From a virus: a DNA stretch of 64,000 nucleotides. The stretch lies in the IMG/VR virus record IMGVR_UViG_3300025410_000016, positions 1 to 64,000 of that record; one strand, given 5' to 3'. Below are positions 37,022-46,961 of this stretch, in pieces; the stretch's first letter is position 1; every line of letters begins with the position of its first letter. Both the position numbers and the translations under genes were made by a program. The notes under the pieces were generated by a model, which saw nothing but the letters and a program-made list of their open reading frames with translations, did not search any database and was not told where the DNA came from.

Positions 37022-37441
37022 GTGCCCATCACCATTGACCTCCCCGGTGGGGAGACCGCCGTCCTGCGTGACGACGCAGACATGACCAACCGTGACGTGA
37101 AGGCGCTGCGCCGTGCAGCCCGCATTGCGTCCGGCATCGTCAACCGCCTCAAGGCGTTTGGCTTCGATGAGAACGACCCCGATACTTGGACCTCCTTCGC
37201 TGAGTTGTCCGAAGAGGACGCCGAGTCGCTTGACCTGTTCCAGCGCCAGTGCGTCGTCACCCGTCTGCAGTCATGGACGCTCGGTCGTGACCTCCCGAAG
37301 ACCGTGGACGAGGTAGACGACCTGCCCCGTCCGATCTACGCCGCGATCACGGGGGCAGCGACCAAGATCAACCTCGCCGACGACTTCGGGGTTGAGAACG
37401 CTGCAAACCCTTCAGTGGCTACCGGAGACTCCGTCAACTAA
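37022..37441 (+). CDS. Tail assembly chaperone (short form)
   Basis: aaggag RBS; acidic; SWTL...LP motif; position upstream of tape measure. Confidence 0.75.
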   Translation: MPITIDLPGGETAVLRDDADMTNRDVKALRRAARIASGIVNRLKAFGFDENDPDTWTSFAELSEEDAESLDLFQRQCVVTRLQSWTLGRDLPKTVDEVDDLPRPIYAAITGAATKINLADDFGVENAANPSVATGDSVN

Positions 37442-37635
37442 AGGCGGCGCTCAAAGGTGGCCTGCTCCTAGAACCTCTGGACACTGAGACGGCGGAGTTG
37501 TACCGGGCCTACCGGTACTGCACGCTGTTCCACTGTTCGATGTCGGAGTACGAAGACCGTCCCTACTCGGAGACCTCGTGGATGCTTGAGATCGACGCGG
37601 TGTACCAAGAAGTCGTGAACTCCGAGCAGCAGTAG
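37405..37635 (+). CDS. Tail assembly chaperone -1 frameshift extension
   Basis: Slippery heptamer A AAC CCT at 37405-37411; -1 frame open to TAG 37635 (KPFSGYRRLRQLKAALKGG...WMLEIDAVYQEVVNSEQQ). Confidence 0.7.
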   Translation, partial: KPFSGYRRLRQLKAALKGGLLLEPLDTETAELYRAYRYCTLFHCSMSEYEDRPYSETSWMLEIDAVYQEVVNSEQQ

Positions 37636-37642
37636 GAGCCCC

Positions 37643-38101
37643 GTGAAGATCAACGTCGACCTTGCGAAGTTCTCCAAGAGCATCGAAGCCCTCATCGAAG
37701 CAGTCGATGAAGGAACGCGCCTTGGAGTGGTCGACGCCATCTCACTTGTAGAGCGGGAAGCGAAGCGGAACTTCGCCGGGCAGATCTCCATCGGGCAGGC
37801 TCGACCTCCCGGTGGGGATCGCCCGTGGGCGCACAGTGAAGCACTGAAGCGTTCCATCACCCGCTTCCCCACCGTGCCCATGCAGATCGGCGTGGGGCAA
37901 TACGAGCAGAAACTCGCTCCGACCATGGTCTACGCACGGCGCGTCGAACTTGGTTTTGTTGGTCGGGACAGCCTCAATCGTCTGTACAACCAACCGCCGT
38001 ACCCGTACATGAAGCCGGCGCACGAGCGTGCCTTACCCCAACTCCTCGGCATCTTCAAGTCGCATTGGTCGAGGGCAATAAGAGGGAACCAACATGGCTG
38101 A
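37643..38101 (+). CDS. HK97 gp10-like tail completion protein
   Basis: VEREAK...L.RSI...PTMVYARRVELG...PPYPYMKPA. Confidence 0.7.
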   Translation: MKINVDLAKFSKSIEALIEAVDEGTRLGVVDAISLVEREAKRNFAGQISIGQARPPGGDRPWAHSEALKRSITRFPTVPMQIGVGQYEQKLAPTMVYARRVELGFVGRDSLNRLYNQPPYPYMKPAHERALPQLLGIFKSHWSRAIRGNQHG

Positions 38102-41100
38102 GATCCTTGAACCAGTAGTCGTCTCCATTGCGGGCAACACCACTGAGTTCATCGCGTCTCTGGTCGAGGCGCAGCGTCAAGCAGAAGAGTTCGCCAAGAA
38201 GACGGACAGCATCGGTGGGACCGGTGGGCTTGGGAACCTTGGCGCAGGTGCGGCGGCAGACACCGAGAAGATTGTCAAGAACGCAGAGCAAGAAGGCTCG
38301 CGGGCTGGCATAGGGTTTGGCTCGCACATGATGAGTGGGCTGGAGAAGTCCCTCTCCATGCTTGGAAGTTTTGGTCTTCCCCTCGGACCGTTGCAAGAAG
38401 GTCTTCGTAAGACGAGTGACGCCGCCCACGGCACCGCCAAGGAAGCCACCGGCCTGTTCGACACGTTGGCGGGGTACGGCAAGGTCGCTGCCATTGGGCT
38501 TGGGGCGACGTTCGCCGCTGCGGCTGGTGAGGGCATCCACCTCTCCATTTCCTTGCAGAACGAGTCTGCGACCCTAGCGGCCAACGCCAACATCTCGGTC
38601 GCCCAGGCGACCAAGATCTCCAATGCGTTCTTGGACACCGCCGGCACCGCCGAGTACTCCGCCCAAGAGATGACCACGGCGTTCGCCGGGGTTGCTGGTC
38701 AGTTGGCGGCGACGAAGGGTAGTGCGCTCACCACTGCTCAGTCCGTCCACTTCATGCGGCAGTCCATGGAACTCGCCACGGCGACCGGGACCAGTCTCAA
38801 CACCGCTACGAAGACCATGGCGGACACCTTGCAGGCGTTCCAGTTGAACGCTTCGCAAGCCGGTCATGTCGCTGACATCTTGACCGTTTCTTCGCATATG
38901 ACCGGTCAGAGTATCGGCGGCGTTGAAAAGTCATTGACAAGAGTTCGCTCGTCCCTTGGTTCGGTGTCTCCCCCAATTGGGCAACTCGCCAGTCTTTTGG
39001 TTGACATGACCAAGCACGGCGAAAGCGGCCGTAAGGCCATGGCTACCCTGCAGACCACGTTCACGTCGTTCCTCAAGCCGGCGCAGCAAGTGGCGAAGGC
39101 ACAAGATCAGTTGAAGGTAGGTCTCCAAGACCTGCCTCCGCATCTGCGCGCCCTGGCAGCGGAGTATGAGAAGGGCAACGTCCAAGCCTCGGTGATTTCA
39201 AAGGCGACCAAGGGTCTTACCATCGGACAAGCCGCATTGTGGGGGCAGTTCAAGAAGGGTGCCGACGCCGTCAGGTTGTCGAACAGTTCTCTGCAGATGA
39301 TGGGTGTTCAGGCGCTCGACTCTCACGGCAAGTTGAAGCCGCTAGAGAACATCATTGGCCAACTGCACAACCGCATCAAGGGACTTGGCCCGGCCCAGGC
39401 CGCTGCGACGTTGAGCGCGATGGGCTTTGGCTCGGGTGCTGCGAAGATGGTCCCGGTTATTGAAGCCGGGGTGAAGGCGTACAAAGACACCGTCACTCAG
39501 GTGACTCATGTTGGTTCTGCACATGAAGCCGCTGCCAAGCGCAGTCAGTCGCTCCAAGTGCAGTTCATGATCATGAAGGCTGCCGTCGAGGACCTGTTGA
39601 CCAAGTTGGGTCAAGCGCTCATGCCGGTCATCCACGCGGTCGTTGGTGCGTTTGCCAAGGTCATTGGTGTTGTCGTGCGTTGCAAGCCGCTGCTCATTGG
39701 ACTTGCAGTGGTGGTTGGTGGGATCTTGACCGCGACCATCGGTGCGTTTGCCATCCGTGGACTCGGCAAGTTGATTGCGATGCTGTCTGAGGCCGGCGGG
39801 TCGGTCATGAAGTTTGGCCGCAAGATCCATGATCTCGTTCCACCGATTAGTGCTGCCAAGCGTGCCGAGGAGGAGCACGCTGCAGTGGCGCGTGAGACTT
39901 CTCAGAAAATGCAGAACTACGCTAAGGCTCTGACCAATTCGGTTGAGTACAACACCGAGCAACAGACTCGGGAGTTGGAGTCGTTGGCTGAGGCTTCTGG
40001 CAACACTGAGCGGGTCTGGCAATCGTCGATGGCTGGGATTGCTGAAGCCTACGGTGCTGCCACCGACGAGGTTGCTGCTGGCACTTCGGCTATGGAAGGG
40101 TCGATGGACAGCGTCATGGCGACCGCCGAGGCAGACGGTCCTGCTACCGGGTTGGCACTCGACTCCATGCTTGGCCCCATCGGTCTCCTCATCCCGATCA
40201 TCATGCTCGTGGCGACGCACTGGAAAGAAATCTGGGGCGTCATCAAGAAGGTTGCCGTAACGGTGTGGCATGTTCTTGATGGTGTGTGGGAAGGGATCAA
40301 ACATGCCGTCATTACTGCGTTCGAGTTCATCAAGCACCACCTGAAGATCATCATCGAGGCCATCGTGGCGATCATCTTGGGTCCGATTGGCATTTTGGTC
40401 ATCTTGCTCGTCACGCACTGGAAGCAGGTAAAGAAAGATGCCATCGAAGCATGGAACTGGCTGCTCAACTTCTTCAAGGAGATCCCCGGCAAGATCATTG
40501 GCTTCTTCTCCTCTGCGCTCAAGTGGCTTGAGAAGGCTGGCAAGTGGATCTTGCAAGGATTGTGGACCGGTCTCAAGATTGAGTGGCGCATCGTAGAGTT
40601 CTTCTGGGTCCAACTGCCGTTGAAGATTCTTGGATACTTGGCAAGCGCTGGGCAATGGCTCTATCACACTGGCCTCGACATCATCAAGGGTCTTTGGCAC
40701 GGCATTGTTACTGCGGCGAAGGATGTGTGGAACTTCTACACCAGCATCAATTCCAAGATCCTTGGTTTCTTTGTAAACGCCGGCAAATGGTTGATCAATG
40801 TCGGCATCGACATCATCAAGGGTCTGGCAAATGGAATTGGTAAGGGTGCCAAGTTTGTTTGGGATGGGGTAAAGAACATCGGGGGAGGAATCCTTCATAC
40901 CTTTACGAGTTTCTTTCACATCTCGTCACCCTCACGGCTCATGAGTGTCCACGGCCTCTACCTCATGCAAGGTCTTGCTAACGGCATCGAAGAGAACTTG
41001 AATGAAGTGCAAGGCTCTTTGTACCGCGTCACTCATTTGTTCACTGCATTCCAAAACAGTCTGCTGTCGCTGTTCGGTACGGCGAGTACGTGGCTCACCA

Positions 41101-41498
41101 AGGCCGGCCACGATATTACCTACGGGCTGGTGAATGGGTTGACCTCTGGGATGGCGGCGGTCATGCAAGCCATGTTGCACCTGCGAGCCATGATGTCGTC
41201 AAACGCTTCAACGCTTGCACAATCGTTTACCGCATCATTACAAACGTCATTGCAAACGTCGCTGTCGTCGATGTCGCTCAATGTGGCAACTCCCGCGGCA
41301 GTGCCCGCAGGTGGTGGATCTTCGACCGTGTTGTACGTCACTTCCCCAATCAGCATCGACGGCCGTACCGTGGCCCAAGTGGTGACGAAGTACCAATTGA
41401 AGGACGCCCGAGGCACGGGGTCGGTGTATGGACGTTACGCAGGTGGTAACCAAACCGGGCTTTCGACCGGTACGAACGTCAACGGTATTTCCCGCTAA
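38094..41498 (+). CDS. Tape measure protein
   Basis: Long Ala-rich helical protein; LATATG..L..A......L..FQL...A..VADIL core; Trp-periodic repeats; ISSPSR; IDGR.VA. Confidence 0.9.
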   Translation: MAEILEPVVVSIAGNTTEFIASLVEAQRQAEEFAKKTDSIGGTGGLGNLGAGAAADTEKIVKNAEQEGSRAGIGFGSHMMSGLEKSLSMLGSFGLPLGPLQEGLRKTSDAAHGTAKEATGLFDTLAGYGKVAAIGLGATFAAAAGEGIHLSISLQNESATLAANANISVAQATKISNAFLDTAGTAEYSAQEMTTAFAGVAGQLAATKGSALTTAQSVHFMRQSMELATATGTSLNTATKTMADTLQAFQLNASQAGHVADILTVSSHMTGQSIGGVEKSLTRVRSSLGSVSPPIGQLASLLVDMTKHGESGRKAMATLQTTFTSFLKPAQQVAKAQDQLKVGLQDLPPHLRALAAEYEKGNVQASVISKATKGLTIGQAALWGQFKKGADAVRLSNSSLQMMGVQALDSHGKLKPLENIIGQLHNRIKGLGPAQAAATLSAMGFGSGAAKMVPVIEAGVKAYKDTVTQVTHVGSAHEAAAKRSQSLQVQFMIMKAAVEDLLTKLGQALMPVIHAVVGAFAKVIGVVVRCKPLLIGLAVVVGGILTATIGAFAIRGLGKLIAMLSEAGGSVMKFGRKIHDLVPPISAAKRAEEEHAAVARETSQKMQNYAKALTNSVEYNTEQQTRELESLAEASGNTERVWQSSMAGIAEAYGAATDEVAAGTSAMEGSMDSVMATAEADGPATGLALDSMLGPIGLLIPIIMLVATHWKEIWGVIKKVAVTVWHVLDGVWEGIKHAVITAFEFIKHHLKIIIEAIVAIILGPIGILVILLVTHWKQVKKDAIEAWNWLLNFFKEIPGKIIGFFSSALKWLEKAGKWILQGLWTGLKIEWRIVEFFWVQLPLKILGYLASAGQWLYHTGLDIIKGLWHGIVTAAKDVWNFYTSINSKILGFFVNAGKWLINVGIDIIKGLANGIGKGAKFVWDGVKNIGGGILHTFTSFFHISSPSRLMSVHGLYLMQGLANGIEENLNEVQGSLYRVTHLFTAFQNSLLSLFGTASTWLTKAGHDITYGLVNGLTSGMAAVMQAMLHLRAMMSSNASTLAQSFTASLQTSLQTSLSSMSLNVATPAAVPAGGGSSTVLYVTSPISIDGRTVAQVVTKYQLKDARGTGSVYGRYAGGNQTGLSTGTNVNGISR

Positions 41499-41513
41499 TC
41501 AAAGGCAAGGGAC

Positions 41514-44500
41514 ATGACTATTTCAGCCGTACAAAACGTCAATGCTTTGGGCGGTGCATCGGTTTCTACCATTGCTGCGACCTTGCCTTCTCCAACCGGA
41601 TCCGGCAATACACTGATCGCTACTATTGCTTGCCAGTACGGCTTGAGCGTGGCGAGCATTGTTGATACTGCAGGCAACCCTTGGATCAGGGCGGCGGTCG
41701 CATCTGGTACTGGTGCGTCGGTTGGTCAATCTATTGGTTTCCCAACGACGACGAGTAGTTCGCCCGTCAATCTGCCAATTGCAGGTTACGGGACCTCGAT
41801 GGCTGTTTTGAACCCTGCGGTGTTTTCTGCTTCCGGTGGAAGTGGATTCGTTGGTATCAGTGGAAGCGTTTTTGCGATTACGTACACGGGCATTAGTGGC
41901 AATTCGCTGCTCAATGTGAATTGCACCGTAGCACTTACAGCCCCGGCGTACTCACCTGTTGGCGTGTCGTTGCCCGGTACTGGCAACTATTGTGAAATCT
42001 GGTACAGCCGTGGAGTGAAGTCTGCGAGTACCACCGCATCGGTTACGTTTTCTGGGCCTCTTACTGCTGGCGCAGTCAACATTGCTGAGTTCAATGGGAT
42101 TTGGTATGTCGATCCTCTTGACCAAACTGGTGCAACGTTTACCAATTACAACTACAGCGCTGGTGCTTCTGTCGGTGCGACCAGTGCATCGATGTCACCA
42201 AGGACAAACGGTGAGTTGGTCGTAAGCGTTATCGCAAACGATCAACGTGCTGCTGCCCCCGCTGGTTATTCGTCACTCCCCTTGAGCACCTACAGCGGGT
42301 GGAACGCTGCGTACTCAATTTTGAGTGGTTCGGCTACCGTTGCCCCGACGTGGCAACTCACGACGGCTTCTAGCGTCCAGCGTTGGGCAATCGCCACGGC
42401 AACGTTTGTCTCCGGTGCGGTTGGCCTCAATCCACGTTTGCAATTCCCCGAGACTCTGGTCCAGATCTCTACGCAGTCTGATTACCTTGCCCCACTCAAG
42501 GGTTACGGAGTGTGGAGAAACATCTCGTCGTACTTGCGGAGCGCCACTCTTGGTCCGCTTGGCCGGCAACATGAACTTGACCGGGTCCAAGCCTCACAAG
42601 GTCAGTTCGTCTTCGACAACCGTACCGGTGTGTTCAATACGTGGAACACGAGTAGTTTCCTGTACAGCGGCGGGTACGGCCTTGAGCCTATGAATCCGAT
42701 TCGCGTCGTTGCTGCGTGGAATGGAGTGACCTACCCCAAGTACTACGGCTACCTCACCGCGGTCGAACCGCAGATTGCTGACGTGCTGAACGTCGACACT
42801 AGGGTCAATGCGAGCGACCTGTTCCAAATCATGTCGCTGAGGTACTTGGCGAGCAACAACTACTTCCAGCAGATCATGGGCGATAATCCCGTGGCGGTGT
42901 ATCGCATGGGAGATCCGAACAACCAGATTGCTGTTGCTGACTCCTCTGGTAATGGGTACACCATGTCGCTTATCCCGAATGAGTCTGGCATGCCGCTCTT
43001 CGGAGACAATGGGTTTTTGCTGTACGACGCAAACACTTCTGTTGATTTGACCGCTGGAACAAAAATCAGTAATGGCGGGATTTATGGAGTAAACCGCTAC
43101 GGAGTTTCAACTCCGAATAATCACTCGGCTTCTATCGTGACTCCTCTTGCCTCTGCGTCGGCAGGTTGGTCAGTGGAGTTATGGTACAAGTACACCGGCA
43201 CGTCCGATATGACTTCTGGTACTGCGTTATTCAAAGACGCTGTGAGTACGACCTCAGAGAGCAGCCTTGTCACTCCGCCGTCTTCTGATGGGTTTGGATT
43301 TGGCAATCTCGTTACCGGCAATAGTATTCCGACCCGCACGTTGGTTGTGGCAAATGAAGTGCCGATCAGTCAAGGGATTGCACTCTCCAACGCCGCAACG
43401 TCGACAAGTAGTAGCGATATGTTGACGTGCCTGCCGGGTTCGTACACCTTGTTCTCCGCTTCAACTGTTGGCGGGCAATTCAGTCTTCGTATTGGTTCTG
43501 CAGTTGATGGAAAGACCAACACGGTTTCTGGACCGGGATCGCCAAACGTGTATTGGGACCGATTGAGTTTCGGCGTCTACACGGCGAGTGCAAGTGGCGC
43601 AGTCAATGGTGCGGGCATATGGAATCACCAGTACTACTTGCCCTACGGCGCGACTTACAGCCAAACGTTGCTTGATGGTGCATGGCATCATGTCGTGTGT
43701 ACATGGACCTCGGCGAGCGTGGTGAGCCTGTACGTCGACGGAGCGCTCGACACCGCGTTCACTTCCCCGCACTTCAATGCCGCTTACGCCACGGGCATGA
43801 ACTTCGCCACTCCTGCCCAGATTAGTTTCGGGTGCGACATGAATAACCCGAGTCTGCCCTCGCCTTCCACCCCGGCCAATGCCTTGCCGGGGAACCTCCA
43901 AGACGTTGCGCTGTACAACTACGCACTCAACGCCTCCCAAGTTGCCCAGCACTACCAAGTGGGGACGTGGTTCGCTTCATCAGAGGTGGGGGCTTCGGTT
44001 GGTCCTGCTTCAGCGGGCCGGCTCAACAAAGCCCTTGAGGTCATTGGTCTTGATCCAACGGTCGTACTCGTTTGTCCGTATCCGTTCAAGACGGTGTTGT
44101 ACCCGGAAACCAACTACACCACCACCACCTCGCACCTCAACTACCTGCAGACGATGACGCAGACAGAACCGGGACTCATCTTCCAGGGTCCTGATGGGTA
44201 TGTGTATGCCCATAATCGTCAGTACCAATACTTGAACCCCACGACGGCGAGTGCTGCGTATGTGTACGGAGATGACCAGTCTTCCCAATACCACTACGAC
44301 GGCAAGTCGTTGCAGATTGCTAAAGACGACCTTGATGTGTGGAACGACATCCAAGCGCAGTCGGGTCGAACGGCCAATGCGTTGACCGGCCAGACTGCTG
44401 GTGCTTTGCAAGAGTGGGGACCGGCGCAATCTGTCACGGTCTCGGTCTCTGCGATCAAGTACGGCAACCGGACCATGCAAGGCTTGACGGCGCTGCAGCA

Positions 44501-44879
44501 ACTCTACGACAGCGACGCTTTGGCATTGGCGCAAAACTACGCCGCTTGGTACAACTTGCCAATCAACCGCATCCAGCAAATTGTCCAGACCTCTGCAATG
44601 GCCGGCGGTGCCAACCTTGTGCCGATGCTCAACGCCAAACTGATTGACCGGGTGACGATTCGTTACACCGGACAGACTCCTGGTCCCACGTTCGTTCAAG
44701 ACTCCGTGATTGAATCGATCAAAGATGAGATTGCCCTTGACAATGGTCCAATGTGGACGACGACATGGGCGATGAGTCCGTATGAGATCTTGATGAACGC
44801 TATCTACCTGTACGACTTCCAAACCCCTGACGCCACGTTTACCGGTGCTTCGGTGACGACCGGCCAACTCGTTCTCTAG
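41514..44879 (+). CDS. Minor tail protein with LamG/concanavalin-like domain
   Basis: GRQHELDR.Q......FDN..G.F; WSVELW; DG.WHHVV.T....LYVDG; G.LQDVALYNYAL...QV..HY. Confidence 0.8.
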   Translation: MTISAVQNVNALGGASVSTIAATLPSPTGSGNTLIATIACQYGLSVASIVDTAGNPWIRAAVASGTGASVGQSIGFPTTTSSSPVNLPIAGYGTSMAVLNPAVFSASGGSGFVGISGSVFAITYTGISGNSLLNVNCTVALTAPAYSPVGVSLPGTGNYCEIWYSRGVKSASTTASVTFSGPLTAGAVNIAEFNGIWYVDPLDQTGATFTNYNYSAGASVGATSASMSPRTNGELVVSVIANDQRAAAPAGYSSLPLSTYSGWNAAYSILSGSATVAPTWQLTTASSVQRWAIATATFVSGAVGLNPRLQFPETLVQISTQSDYLAPLKGYGVWRNISSYLRSATLGPLGRQHELDRVQASQGQFVFDNRTGVFNTWNTSSFLYSGGYGLEPMNPIRVVAAWNGVTYPKYYGYLTAVEPQIADVLNVDTRVNASDLFQIMSLRYLASNNYFQQIMGDNPVAVYRMGDPNNQIAVADSSGNGYTMSLIPNESGMPLFGDNGFLLYDANTSVDLTAGTKISNGGIYGVNRYGVSTPNNHSASIVTPLASASAGWSVELWYKYTGTSDMTSGTALFKDAVSTTSESSLVTPPSSDGFGFGNLVTGNSIPTRTLVVANEVPISQGIALSNAATSTSSSDMLTCLPGSYTLFSASTVGGQFSLRIGSAVDGKTNTVSGPGSPNVYWDRLSFGVYTASASGAVNGAGIWNHQYYLPYGATYSQTLLDGAWHHVVCTWTSASVVSLYVDGALDTAFTSPHFNAAYATGMNFATPAQISFGCDMNNPSLPSPSTPANALPGNLQDVALYNYALNASQVAQHYQVGTWFASSEVGASVGPASAGRLNKALEVIGLDPTVVLVCPYPFKTVLYPETNYTTTTSHLNYLQTMTQTEPGLIFQGPDGYVYAHNRQYQYLNPTTASAAYVYGDDQSSQYHYDGKSLQIAKDDLDVWNDIQAQSGRTANALTGQTAGALQEWGPAQSVTVSVSAIKYGNRTMQGLTALQQLYDSDALALAQNYAAWYNLPINRIQQIVQTSAMAGGANLVPMLNAKLIDRVTIRYTGQTPGPTFVQDSVIESIKDEIALDNGPMWTTTWAMSPYEILMNAIYLYDFQTPDATFTGASVTTGQLVL

Positions 44880-44887
44880 GAGCAGAC

Positions 44888-45415
44888 ATGACCGCTTGGA
44901 CCCCACTCACTCCCCATGCTGCAGGCGAGTACATCTCGCTCAGTGATTGGAACAACGCAGTTGGGAACTTGAACTTCCTGTACGAGCGTGCTTACGCTAT
45001 TGCGTACAACTCCTCATCTGCCTCTGTTCCCACTGGTGGGACGAAGCAGGTCCCGCTCACTGCGTCCGCTCCCGGTGTCGTGAACTACGGCGCGACGGTG
45101 TCAGCAAATAACGTGGTCGTTCCTTTCGACGGACTCTACCAAGTGTTGTTTGCCGTGAACTTCACGTCCGCTGCCGGCTCTGGCTCGAACGCCGTCTACT
45201 CCGCTGTGTACCAAAATGGCAATCAGGTGATCTTGGGTTCTGAAGTTCCTTCTTATGTCCAAGGAGGTGCAACGACCAATGGCAGTGGATTGATTGCTTG
45301 CAGTGCCAATGACACGATAGGTTTGTACGCATCGAACCTTTCAGGAAGCACCCTGTACACCAACAACGCGTTCACTGCGACGTTTCTGCATGTGAACTTT
45401 ATGGGAGCAAACTAA
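44888..45415 (+). CDS. Minor tail protein (C1q-like beta domain)
   Basis: W.......GE......WN..V.NLNFL; V.P..GLYQV; L..C..NDTI.L. Confidence 0.65.
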   Translation: MTAWTPLTPHAAGEYISLSDWNNAVGNLNFLYERAYAIAYNSSSASVPTGGTKQVPLTASAPGVVNYGATVSANNVVVPFDGLYQVLFAVNFTSAAGSGSNAVYSAVYQNGNQVILGSEVPSYVQGGATTNGSGLIACSANDTIGLYASNLSGSTLYTNNAFTATFLHVNFMGAN

Positions 45416-45442
45416 TTAGTCCCGACGAATGAAAGGTGCAGT

Positions 45443-46801
45443 GTGTCGAAGATTGACGAGTTGCCTCTGACCGCTGATCAACGTAGAGCGTTGGACGAAG
45501 ACCTTGCCAACGGTTTAGTACCTCATACCGCCATCTCCCGCAAAGTGGAGTCGTGGGGGTTCACTTGGAGCGAAGCGTCGGTCCGGCGATATCGGAGCAA
45601 CATGGGGGTTGTGTTAGAGCAAAGCGATGATTCCGAAGAGGCAGATTGGGAAACCGCCAGCGTGGTCGTTGATGCTGACGGTGCGGATCTTTCTACCGGG
45701 GCGCTGACCAAGCCTCTTGACCTCTCGAAAGATTGGGATGCGGTACTCAGAGATTTTGGTTTGGACCCCGAGATCTTTTACGTCGTTGACGACACGGTTC
45801 GCATGTCGAAGTGGCAGCAGTCGAAGCGACTAGACAATGGCGACCGTGACGTGGTTTGGCTCTACTCCTACCGTGCCCGGTTTGCCCGTCGTAAGGCCGG
45901 CGCAGAACTTCTCGATCTTGACGCATTGACTGAGCGGGTACGGAACTGGAAGCCCAAGAAATACACTGCTACCTCTGACGATCTTCCAAGTACGTTCGTC
46001 GTTACTTGGGCCGACTGGCAGATTGGGAAGTCTGCCGGGGGCGGAGTGGAGCGCACCATTGAACGCATCCACGAGAGCATTGAGTTGAGTGTTGCACGCA
46101 TTAGTGAATTGCGAAAGATTGGTCGCAACATCGAGAAGATTGTTGTAGCCAACATGGGAGATCCGTCCGAAGGATGTGACGGCCAGTACGAAAGCCAACT
46201 CTTCTCTGTTGAATTGACTCAGCGTGCACAACTGAATCTGATCATGGACGAGTGGACCAACGGCATCATGGCTCTTGAACCCGATATGTTCTTGAGCGTG
46301 CTCTGCAATCATGGTGAGTGGACCCGTCGTGGCCCAGGTACTCGCCCGGTCACGACTGACAGTGACAACGTAGGCGGATACTTAGCCGATACCCTGCAGC
46401 GGATCTTTGAGGGGCGTGACGGCGGGCCGAGTGAATGGGTCATCCCTCATGATGAGATGGTGCAGATGGTGAACTTGTCTGGGCTTGACGTAGCGTTCAC
46501 TCACGGCCACAAGATCCCGAGTGAATCAAGAGAGGTTGATTGGCTTCGCGGTCAGTCAATCCGGCTTCTCCGTGATTACGGACGTGAGCCTCGCCTCTGG
46601 GTCACCGCACATCGTCACCACGTTCGAGTTGACGACTTTGGTCCGTGGTGGCGGCTGCAATGTCCTTCTCTTGACGGTGGGTCGAAGTATTTCACCGACA
46701 CTACGAGTAAGTGGGCTACTCCTGGCACCCTCACTTTTCTTGCCGGCCAGCATGACCCTCGTGGGTTCTCTGACCTTGCTGTTCTTGGTTCCATCTCCTA
46801 A
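45443..46801 (+). CDS. Calcineurin-like metallophosphoesterase / Mre11-like nuclease with N-terminal HTH-like region
   Basis: ADWQIGK, MGD..EG, CNHGE, THGH, TAHRHH, PSLDGGS. Confidence 0.8.
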   Translation: MSKIDELPLTADQRRALDEDLANGLVPHTAISRKVESWGFTWSEASVRRYRSNMGVVLEQSDDSEEADWETASVVVDADGADLSTGALTKPLDLSKDWDAVLRDFGLDPEIFYVVDDTVRMSKWQQSKRLDNGDRDVVWLYSYRARFARRKAGAELLDLDALTERVRNWKPKKYTATSDDLPSTFVVTWADWQIGKSAGGGVERTIERIHESIELSVARISELRKIGRNIEKIVVANMGDPSEGCDGQYESQLFSVELTQRAQLNLIMDEWTNGIMALEPDMFLSVLCNHGEWTRRGPGTRPVTTDSDNVGGYLADTLQRIFEGRDGGPSEWVIPHDEMVQMVNLSGLDVAFTHGHKIPSESREVDWLRGQSIRLLRDYGREPRLWVTAHRHHVRVDDFGPWWRLQCPSLDGGSKYFTDTTSKWATPGTLTFLAGQHDPRGFSDLAVLGSIS

Positions 46802-46817
46802 CCCGTAGGGGTCTTTC

Positions 46818-46961
46818 GTGCTGTCGTACACCTGCGAGGTGTGCGGTGCGGTCTACGTTCTTCATCGTGGACCGCTCCACACCATGCCTCCTGCTCCGTC
46901 TCTTTTAGAACTGATCGTGGTTGCCTCTAGCCACGATTGCTCAACCCGAAAGGATCAATAA
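46818..46961 (+). CDS. 47 aa putative zinc-binding protein
   Basis: MLSYTCEVCG...HDC; TAATG overlap with the next gene; below the ORF-track length cutoff. Confidence 0.4.
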   Translation: MLSYTCEVCGAVYVLHRGPLHTMPPAPSLLELIVVASSHDCSTRKDQ

